From Nemertoderma westbladi (lineage: Eukaryota > Animalia > Xenacoelomorpha), in NCBI GenBank assembly GCA_032718475.1, contig JAUCBJ010007984.1:1-57973 (forward strand): a stretch of DNA of 57,973 nt. The letters are read 5' to 3'. Position 1 is the first letter of the stretch, and every line of letters starts with the position of its first letter. A model generated the notes under the pieces. That model did no database searches and was not told the DNA's origin. It saw nothing but the letters and a program-made list of their open reading frames with translations. Position numbers and translations under genes: made by a program. Of the stretch, positions 48,743 through 57,973 are shown in pieces.

Positions 48743-49235
48743 GAACAGTCCAAGGGAAAATACATACTGTACATAGACCCCATATAATTGTACTGCGTGG
48801 GTCACTCTGCCTTTCAGAGGCGTTGTACGGTTTCTCAGATCCAGGTTTATGGGAATTTTTACAGCCCCCCCCCCCCCCCCCCCCCTCCCCGTAATACAAA
48901 TTTTTCAGAAAATAAATAAATAAATATATAAAAATAAAAACTGTTATGTTTCCATCTATTGGAAGCGGCTGCATTTTCTAAGATAGGACGCCCTTTAACC
49001 AGAGGGTTTTGTATAGACTAGAGTAGAGTACGAGTAAGTAAGTACAGTAAGTACATTCGGTCGTTTTTTATCGAGATAATAACTTTGCTGTCCCCGTTTT
49101 AAGGGGGTGGGGGGGGGGGGGGGCGGCTATTAGTCAGTTAGTTGGTTACATAATAGATTTTCGTAAGAATATAAATTAATATCAAAATTATTATCAAAAA
49201 TAATCCAAAATTAGTTTTGAAATTATAACCTGCGC

Positions 49236-49400
49236 TTGGGGACATGGCACCATCTGCAACCCAGTTCATCCGTCAGGCTCACAAACTGTCTGACAAGCGG
49301 GAGGTGCGATATTCTCAGTCTATTACCTGGGTGCGACGTAAACTCAGTTTTGCACTGCTCCACTCCGCTCTCGCCTGCCTCCGAGTTTACCGATCAGCAT
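49236..49400 (+). pseudogene. C-terminal fragment of a CRE-clade (restriction-like endonuclease) non-LTR retrotransposon ORF
   Basis: GDMAPSATQFIRQAHKLSDKREVRYSQSITWVRRKLSFALLHSALACLRVYRS resembles the recalled animal CRE terminus (GGMG.EA..F..RLA..LS.K....YS....W.R.RLSFALLRS...C.RGSR). Confidence 0.65.
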
Positions 49401-49661
49401 CATGCCGTCCAGTGCACTGCAACTTCGGAAACGTCAATCCTCCGTGAAAATGTTGAGACGGATCCAACACCCGCCGGATAAACGTGCTTAATAACTTTAA
49501 AATCGTATAAACTATGCGATATGGTACTGTATGTTTAATGATTATATGGACAGTGCCATTATTGTCTGGTTATTCATAGTTAATTATAATACCAATAATT
49601 GTTCATACTTTATTTTAAAAAGAAACAACCTGTTTTGTGTATACTATCGAAAAATGCAACA

Positions 49662-49800
49662 GTGAACGCAAATTAAGATTCAGTGGGCACTGCTGGAGAA
49701 GTAAAGACGAGGTCATACCAGATCTACTTTTCTGGTAACCAATACAAAGAAGGCGAAGGCGTAATGACCGGCTATGACATATTTAGACCAACTTGAAAGT
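49662..49800 (+). mobile_element. RTE family 1 fragment
   Basis: GTGAACGCAAATTAAGATTCAGTGGGCACTGCTGG...GAGGTCATACCAGATCTACTT shared with 26462-26540. Confidence 0.88.
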
Positions 49801-51381
49801 GTTACTCAACTTCCGTCAAATATTGAGAGGTTCGTCAACTTTAGTTTAACTCTAGTTTATAACGATTATTTTTATTATAATCGGTTCCCTTATTAAGCAC
49901 AAACTCGTCCCTTTTCCCGGCTAAAGTAATTGGCAAACTATTTCAAAGCAACTACAATTTCATGAATATATAATTTGGTAAATCCCACGAGAAATATATT
50001 TCATGCATACCGCTCCAATTCAGTCCACTGCAATATGTAATGCATCATATATTAAATAAGGTAGCGGTAATGATGACTGCTACTCCAGTTTCCGGTGAAG
50101 CGTGCTTTATGAAACGCTTTGGTTGTCAGAATAACAAATGATTCACGTCCATAATATTAATTAGATTTCCAAAGGGACTCATGCAGTGCAGATGCACCCT
50201 TCCTCGTCGATAAGTGTTGTATTGTGTAGGAGGACAAACACAATAGATTTGGGGAGAGCAAGCCTACCTACAGTAATATGCAAAGTATTCGCAATCTGAT
50301 AGTTTAGGGGGTGTGGCTCAATCATTATTGAAATAGTTAAAGTTGTACTATATCGTTGTTTTTGCCACCGGAGTTATATACCGTATTGATAAATTAATAC
50401 ACGATTAATAATCTCATTAGTAGCTGGGCAAAAATCCAATACAGAAAAAATTGCCTCTGGTGAATAGAAGTATAAAACGCCCGTATCTCGAAATCTATTT
50501 CTCAACGAAATTCAGATTTTGTTACAGATCTGAAATCCTCGCAACGCAAGCTTTCTATTGATATGAAAAAAAAACCTCCATCGTGGGTATCATTGACCCC
50601 GACCTCTCAAATGACCTCTATGAGATCCTATCTCGCCCTCTCGCACCCGCTAACAACACGGGAGCGCAGGCGGGAGCGCAACACGGGTGAACACAGTATG
50701 ATATTATGGTATTGACAGATGGGAAGCCATGAGGAGGTAAATTGCGGACATACAAGGTATCAGATAGTATTTACAGGTCTATCCTTTACGTGAGCCGCTA
50801 GCTGAATGGTTAGAGCGCCAGACTTCCAAGGTCACCCGGTCGATCCCACCTGGACGTCATTGCCGACTTTGCAAAATCTGTGCCCAACAAAAAGTTATAA
50901 AAACTAACTTCACCGAGTGAGTATGCCAGAAACACACCGAGGAAAAATGGCGAAACGCCGCCTTTTATAGACTTTTGGTGTGTCAGAGGTCAATCATGTT
51001 TGTTGCACAAATTAATAAGTTTCCCGTTTAACCGTAATTAAAAGTTATAATTAATATTGCTTCATTCTGTCAATCATTGTTATAACCCCAGGCGAGCGAG
51101 GGACCGTCTGGGCCCTGTTATCAAGAGTCCCACCCAGACAGTGCACGTGCACCTTATTACCCCGAGTGGGATTTTAATTACCCTAGATAAAAATACGGTG
51201 GCTTGTTGCCAAATGTTTCCATTTTTTAAATCCATTTTTAATAAATATTATATTTCCTTTTTTTTTCACCCTGGTGATAAACTGGTATTTGCCGGCCTCA
51301 GCTTTAGACACAAGCTTTCCAGTCTAAAGACAGGTTCGTCATAATAAATTATAACGTGCTAATCACAATGAACTGGAGCTC

Positions 51382-51725
51382 TGACAATTCGCCCGCTAGC
51401 GGCAGACAGAGGAACAGTAAAATTCTGCCTGTGTGTAGAATTTGTAATTAAGCAATGCTCATAGGCTTCTACTGCCAAACTTCAGATGAATCTGATGGTT
51501 GGTTCTATAATTACAGCTACATTTACTTTTCTGTCAATTCTCCCCCCAGCGGCAGACAGAGGAACTGTAAAGTCTGTCTGTGTGTACAATTTCTAATTAA
51601 GCAAATTTCAGAAGAATCTGATGGTTGGTTCTATAATTACAGCTAGTACTTTTACATTCTGTCAATTCGCCCCCTAGCGGCAGATAGAGGAACTATAGAA
51701 GACTATCTGTGTGTAGAACTTCTAA
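51382..51725. repeat. ~130-150-bp tandem repeat (three units) with the TCGCCCCCTAGCGGC motif
   Basis: CAATTC(G/T)CCC..(T/C)AGCGGCAGA(C/T)AGAGGAAC with motif starts at 51389, 51539 and 51667. Confidence 0.8.
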
Positions 51726-52926
51726 ACTTTTGATAGACTACATGCGTACCAAGTTTAGTTCATTTACATCCATGATTGCCCGACTTAATAGAGTTCAGAC
51801 ATTGCGGCCACATACACACAGCCACAAACAAACAAAAAACGAATATTAGCTGCAGGAACTCGAGCAGAGCTCCAGTGATACAGTAAATTTTATTACAGTT
51901 CCTAAGTCTTAAGTAGGCCTATCGAACTAGAAAGCCAGCAAGGTGGCTATAAGAAGACCGTCTATAAGACAACAAAACCGAAAAAACTAATATTTTATAT
52001 ACCTCTCCCTCCATGCAGCTATTGAGAAAGCAGATAGTCTTGGCCAGTTCGCAACAGACAACCCACCGCAATCAAGCGGACTGCTTGCTACTTCTCTCTA
52101 CCCAGCTAGCAACTACAGTACCGGTAGAGTTCAATAATTAATTACCTTAACGTTGCTATGATATAGATAAAAATCCTTCCCCATTCACTATCACTAATAT
52201 AGGCAAATTCGATACTGCTAAGAGAATATTATTACATATGTATACACTATTTAATTTTTAATCAATAAATAATCATACATCTTTATATTATTATCTTACT
52301 CGAATAAAATAAAAACTTTGTGAGAATGTAACACGGCGAATCGACCTGTGCTATTTTTATACAGCGTGAGCTTAATTTTACAATCTTAAATAATTAATTA
52401 CCGAAGTAAGAACCCAAATAATCGAAAAATTTATTTGTGTAGTTTACCACCAAGTAGAGCACGTACCCTTTCAATTCAATATCAATGTGCACAAACAAAC
52501 ATACATACAGACAAACACAAACCCAAACAGACGTTTCTTTAACGCAATAATTTTTAATGTACGTTTAAATCCTTTTTTTGTCCTTTTTTTGACTTTTTAT
52601 GTCCTCCAGAAATCTACCGTTAGGTTCCATTCTCTACTGCTGTTCTCTCAGGCTATCAGTACCGGTATTAGTTTTTTTTTACTTTTTATGACCTCCAGAA
52701 ATTTACCGTTAGGTTCCATGCTACTGGTTTCTCTACTGCTGTACTCTCAGGCTATCAGTACCGGTATTAGTATATAGAGCACTATTTTGCAGTATTGCAT
52801 GTACAGATGTAGGTATAGAGCAGGTATTTTAGGTATTTTAGTACCGGTACCGGCACCGGTACTACTGTAGGCCTACTGTGTAGCCTACCATTTAAATACG
52901 GTACTGGCAGGCCTACCGGCTGACCG

Positions 52927-53590
52927 GTTGTTTTGGTTAGAAAATCCCGCCTCTGTAATCTGATCCTTTCCCTGATTTGGTAAAGTGACCGTTTATTGTT
53001 TTGGTTAGAAAGGCCCGCCTCTGTAACCTGCTCCTTTCCTTCATTTTGTAAAGTGACTGTTTATTGTTTTGGTTAGAAAATCCCGCCTCTGTAACCTGCC
53101 CCTTTCCCTCAATTAGTTAAGTGATCGTTTATTGTTTTGGTTAGGAAATCCCGCCTCTTTAACCTGCTCATTTCTCTCAATTGGTAATGTTATCGTTTAT
53201 TGTTTTGGTTAGAAAATCCCGTCTCTGTAACCTGCTCCTTTCCCTGATTTGGTAAAGTGACTGTTTATTGTTTTGGTTAGAAAATCCCGCCTCTTTAACC
53301 TGCTCCTATCTCTCAATTGGTAATGTTATCGTTTATTTTGGTTAGAAAATCCCGTCTTTGTAGCCTGCTCCTTTCCCTGATTTGGTAAAGTAACTGTTTA
53401 TTGTTTTGGTTTGAAAATCCCGCCTCTGTAACCCGCTCCTTTCCCTCAATTAGTTAAATGATCGTTTATTGTTTTGGTTAGAAAGGCCCGCCTCTGTAAC
53501 CTGCTCCTTTCCTTCATTTGGTAAAGTGACTGTTTATTGTTTTGGTTAGAAAATCCGGCCTTAACCTGCTCCCTTCCATCAATTGGTAAT
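52927..53590. repeat. ~68-bp minisatellite, about 10 units, with dispersed monomers elsewhere
   Basis: TTTATTGTTTTGGTTAGAAAATCCCGCCTCTGTAACCTGCTCCTTTCCC...; related single units at ~19855-19905, ~15835-15885 (minus) and ~57887-57942. Confidence 0.95.
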
Positions 53591-54576
53591 TGTTTTTGGC
53601 TATAAAATGAGTGTTTTGCTACGTCATGTGGTAATCGATTATCGACAACAACCACAAACTATTAAATTTAGAGTGTTTTACCACAGGCGCATATGGAAAT
53701 CTATCTCATAGTCTATATAAATCATGGAATCATGGAATGTTTTGGCACAGGCATAGTGAAACCAACTGACCGACAGACCAGAAATTAACAGATTTTGAAT
53801 GTTTTGGCATAGGCATGTTGAAATCAACTGTCTGACAGTCCAGAAATCAGCAGTCTGACAGTTTGAAGAAATACATACATAAAAAGTCATTAAAAGGACA
53901 ACAAAAGTCATTAAAGGGACAACAAAAGTCATTATGCACAATTCGTAAAAAAAGGAGGACAAAAAAAAGTCAAATAAAAGGACATAAAAAATCACTGCCT
54001 TTTTTTAACAGCAATAAGCTCTGACCACTAGTGGTCTTCTAATAATTGAAAGAAAGCCTCGAAACGCGGTAAATTCAAATTGTTGAACCAGTTGATATGC
54101 GGAAGTTAAATAGTGAGATCTGAGTTATCTGGATGTGACAGTCTGACAGTGTGAAGCTAAGCATGGACTAACTGACTAAGGCAGTAAGGTAACGGATACC
54201 GGATGCCGGACGTGAAGTTAAGAATCCAAGAACACCAGGTGCCTCTATACCGGCTGACCGGTCGCGCGGTCGGTACCCAATTCCGGACTGAATAGGCCTA
54301 TTGCAGTATTATACAGTTAAATTTATATAGACCTACTTGAATTGAATTGATTTGATTTAATGACACATCAGTTAAAATTTCCACATACAAGAAATATCAC
54401 CGGTACATAGGGCAATAAAATGCACTCAGCCGTGCATGAGGCACCACAGAGTAACTTGCTACTTACTGACTTACAGACTTAGGCCTATACAGTTTTGCAG
54501 TTACCGGTACAGATACAGAGATACATATATTATATAATCTTACTTATGGTACTAGGCATACCACTTACCGACCGAT

Positions 54577-57093
54577 ATGGTTCGCGTTTTTAACTGCCAT
54601 AATTTCAAATCGCAACGTGTTGTTTGCCCCGAATTTGAGCCGTTATCAGTCTCTACGGCTGGTTCCCTGGTCTTTGTTGCCACTTCCAATTGTCGTGTCG
54701 AGGTTTACCGTTACCAAGACAACCAGGATGAGGTTCAGTTGTATCGCAATCTGCGAACGATCGCTCTCCCGGTTCGAATATATTACCAGGATCAATTGGA
54801 CTACATAGTGACGGTTGAAGCGGTAAAAAAGCGCCAGGCGCGCGCTTATAGCGTCCGGGTTTACTTTAACTGGCGAGTCGCCGACCTGAACGCTGCCACA
54901 TCGATCCGTCTCCCGGGGCAACGGGTTCTCGACCAACCGGTGGCCGAGGGGTCGACAACCCACTTCGCGATAGAACTAACTCCCCCTCGCTCGTCGCCCG
55001 GGGGCGGCCCGGTTATCCCGACCGTCGCAGTCTGCCGTCGCAACGGTACAGTCGCTCTCGCTTCCGCAACCAACGTCGTCATCTACTCCTTGGAACGCAG
55101 CCCCACTTCCGGCGACCTCGACTTCGTTAAAGCCTACACGCTGAAGTTTTCCTTCGCTATAAAGAAGATGGTGATTATGGAGAACCTCGTGGCTGTCCGT
55201 TCGTCCGAGGAGCTGCACGTTGTTTGTCTCGCTGTTGCCAAGACGTCGAGTTCCCCTAAACGGCGCCAGTCGGAGTTCCTCCTGGTGGGTTCGGGAGAGT
55301 TCGGACAGGAGCGTGTGGTCTCCTCCGTGGAGGCGGTCTCCTCGCCTCCGGGGTCGTCCGGTTCCTCCGACGATAAAACCATGGAGTTCGTTGTCGTCGA
55401 GGGCGACGAGTTCAACGACATGCGTTACCATGACGACGGGAAGAACCCCAAGGAGGTGCGTGGCCCCGCGCGTCACGTGATCGGCCATCCGGCCAGTGTG
55501 AACCTGCAGCACGAGGCCTTCCACGGGCGCGAGATCGGCCTTCAGACGCTCCTCTACAAACGGGTAGGCCCGGATGATTTCGGCAAGTTACGTCATCTTA
55601 ACTTCCTTCCGGTTTACAATCAATCCATCGAATCCGACGAGGTAATTAATTATATTAGTGCGATTAACTTAGTTACGTTTTCGAACAACTTACTGAGTGT
55701 CTGTTTGTTTATCGGCAGTCAGATTATGGGTCACATGTACGACCTTACTGGCCAGGTCACCCAGATCAGCGACTACCACTTCCCTATGAACACCGTCAAA
55801 GTTGTCTTCGATTCTTCCCTTTGCTACGGAGTCACCGGTAACGGAGTCGAAGTACAGACTAGTCGACACACCACGGTCGCCCTCTCCCTCGAGGATTCCA
55901 ACGACAATATGAACCAGACATGTCCGACGCCGCCCTCCTCCCAGCCCTGCATCCTCGGTCACCACAGCTTCATCGGGGTCTACGATATAGCGGTTAGTGA
56001 TTACGCTGTTGTGCTTCTCTGTAAGGCTAAAGATAGTAAAACCTCCTGGAGTGTCTACATAGTAGGCAAGGAGGATCCTGTGAAGCTCTACCATTCTCTG
56101 TGCGAGTTAGGTACGTGCATCGAGCAATCCTCACCACCCGCGTACCGCAACCTCCTTATTGAAGGTCATCTTTTACTGCGAACCGAGAACTTTATAAAAG
56201 GATATCGCGATGAAACAGTTCGACAGGCTTATTTGGATTCCTGCCGTTTATTGGGGCATTTCTACGCCAGTCACGAAAGTTCGGAACCGCATTACACCCT
56301 ACCGTATTACAACATGAGTCAGTTGACTATTGAAGAGATTGTAGCAGAATCTGCCGCGTTCAACAGGACTTACGTGGATGAGGCATCTTCCCCGATATCT
56401 TTAGGGAGTCCGGGGTTTATGTACTACCTCAATGTGGTTATTGTTGATAAAGATCGCGAGCAAGTTGTCACGGAAGAGACGGCCAATATTATAATTAAAC
56501 TGTTCGCGACGCGAGACCCCGTAAGCCTTCCACTAATCCTTCTGGATTCCTGGTTGGGTTCTTACGATGTTGACGCGACTGTAGAGGAACTCGACAAAGT
56601 TAAGGTGGACATCATCGACAGTCAGCTGAATACTCTTTTAATGGCCGAGGTTAAACTCCACGCCGCTAAAGGTGATTCTAATAAAGTTCTAAGTGTCATC
56701 GATAGTTTAATTGAAAGAACTACCGAGAATTCTCCGTGTAATTTATTCATTACCGGTGTTTGTCAGAGGCCGTCTTTACTGGTGCGAAACAAAGTCTGGA
56801 CGAAGTTAGCAGAAATTCTCATCTCCCACCGACCCAGTTTGCTTATAGATACTCTTTGGGAGTGCGCCCTCAGTAAACGGATCCCATTGGATGTCGCCAT
56901 AGAGACGTTGTCTTCTAATGCTATCAGTGAGAAGGAATATCTAACAATATTTCTAGAACGTTTAGTCCGTTGTGCTGCTACTGTTACTAAGCGGTTGGCT
57001 ATTCGGCCCAGCCAACTGCTGCAATTAATGCCGGGACGGTGTTCTGTACTTTTTGTTTTGCCAATTGTGCTACTTGATTACAGTACGCAGTAA
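54577..57093 (+). CDS. HPS3: Hermansky-Pudlak syndrome 3 protein homologue (BLOC-2 subunit), 838 aa, single ORF
   Basis: MVRVFNCHNFKSQRVV...EP...LVFVAT..CRVEVY...DYIVTVE...VRVYFNWR; EVRGP; LLY(K)R; LLIEGHLLLR; LPYYNMSQL. The C-terminal LMPGRCSVLFVLP resembles the recalled HPS3 end (VLPEDGTATFFLP). Confidence 0.9.
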   Translation: MVRVFNCHNFKSQRVVCPEFEPLSVSTAGSLVFVATSNCRVEVYRYQDNQDEVQLYRNLRTIALPVRIYYQDQLDYIVTVEAVKKRQARAYSVRVYFNWRVADLNAATSIRLPGQRVLDQPVAEGSTTHFAIELTPPRSSPGGGPVIPTVAVCRRNGTVALASATNVVIYSLERSPTSGDLDFVKAYTLKFSFAIKKMVIMENLVAVRSSEELHVVCLAVAKTSSSPKRRQSEFLLVGSGEFGQERVVSSVEAVSSPPGSSGSSDDKTMEFVVVEGDEFNDMRYHDDGKNPKEVRGPARHVIGHPASVNLQHEAFHGREIGLQTLLYKRVGPDDFGKLRHLNFLPVYNQSIESDEVINYISAINLVTFSNNLLSVCLFIGSQIMGHMYDLTGQVTQISDYHFPMNTVKVVFDSSLCYGVTGNGVEVQTSRHTTVALSLEDSNDNMNQTCPTPPSSQPCILGHHSFIGVYDIAVSDYAVVLLCKAKDSKTSWSVYIVGKEDPVKLYHSLCELGTCIEQSSPPAYRNLLIEGHLLLRTENFIKGYRDETVRQAYLDSCRLLGHFYASHESSEPHYTLPYYNMSQLTIEEIVAESAAFNRTYVDEASSPISLGSPGFMYYLNVVIVDKDREQVVTEETANIIIKLFATRDPVSLPLILLDSWLGSYDVDATVEELDKVKVDIIDSQLNTLLMAEVKLHAAKGDSNKVLSVIDSLIERTTENSPCNLFITGVCQRPSLLVRNKVWTKLAEILISHRPSLLIDTLWECALSKRIPLDVAIETLSSNAISEKEYLTIFLERLVRCAATVTKRLAIRPSQLLQLMPGRCSVLFVLPIVLLDYSTQ

Positions 57094-57973
57094 TAAATTA
57101 TATCGAATTGATGTGTATATATTTTATTTAATTCTACATATTTATGCGATTTAACTGCTGCACCCCAAACGCTAACCGGAACCAATAGTGTAGTTGTAAA
57201 TAATTAATTAAGTAAATACTTGAATAATTAATTTGATATGATATGATATTATAATTTTATCCAAATCCAAAGTCAATCTGTTTTTCTGTTCTATATTCCC
57301 TTTACAACGAAACCGTCGCTATTTCACGATTGATTTCGTATTAACCTGTATTTCTGCACATCTGTGTCGGAAGACATAAGTAACTATTCCCCAGCGATAT
57401 GTTAATATTCATGAAAAGTTACGGATGTCCCGTCCCGGATGACCCTATCCCAGAACCAAATTACATATTTTTTATATTCCCAAGAGTCTTCTTATGATTG
57501 TCTCAGATGGATTATAGATCAAAACTTAAACATTTTGTAGTGTGGCAATATTCATTTTTGGGCACCACAAAATTTAGTACCTTGACACATTTAATATTTT
57601 ACATTTTATATTTAGCCTTAGAATGTACAATGCTTTGTTCAAGTGGACAGAATGCGGCACTACAAATGCAAAGAAATACCAGCTGTTAATATAAATACAC
57701 AAATGAACTAGCAGTTAACGAAAAAGGGGACGTTCATAAAGTACCTATGTCACGCAAATTTTCAGATAGGGGGGGAAACTCAACGCAATAAAAATTAATC
57801 CCTCTCCAGGGGAAATTCGGCGCAAATAACAGTGCTCTCAAAAATTACTCTCAAAAATATAACTGTAATCTGTTCTATAGTGTTTAGTTTATTGTTTTGG
57901 TTAAAATACTGATTGGTGTCACTGTAACCTGCTCCTTTCCCTAAATTGAGAATTTAACATTGAGGCGGGATAT

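Noticed and set aside
55642-55722. Small intron in HPS3 at GAG|GTAATT
   Set aside because: Nearby AG acceptors give 17, 31, 56 or 77 nt (frameshifting); the 81-nt option would delete LLSVCLF, which appears to be conserved HPS3 sequence.
54617-56094. Overlapping and antisense ORFs within HPS3
   Set aside because: Expected shadows of GC-rich codon usage; no independent motifs.

Overview
AT-rich, repeat-dense animal (invertebrate-like) nuclear DNA, not prokaryotic. There is one recognisable host gene, an apparently single-exon HPS3 (BLOC-2 subunit; 54577-57093, +). The most interesting part is 1-~6900. The window opens in what reads like the C-terminus of a BEL/Pao LTR-retrotransposon Pol (RPVGRLCLLE...stop at 130). 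A 1.6 kb spacer with two covarying long hairpins follows, then two intact, overlapping, intronless ORFs: a 582-aa Zn-motif/coiled-coil protein and an 865-aa DEDDy-type 3'-5' exonuclease with three CCHC knuckles and a basic tail. A purine tract followed by TGT (6098-6108) looks like the PPT/3' LTR junction. I infer a BEL/Pao element carrying an accessory RNA-exonuclease cassette where env would be. The rest is nested mobile DNA: two RTE LINE families with (TAG)n tails (one with a 31-bp TSD), a CRE-clade fragment, a poly(A) retroposon with a 13-bp TSD, several non-autonomous TIR elements, tRNA-derived repeats, 14-, 38- and ~68-bp tandem arrays, and repeats carrying CTCF-like motifs. All calls are by eye from motifs; no searches were run.
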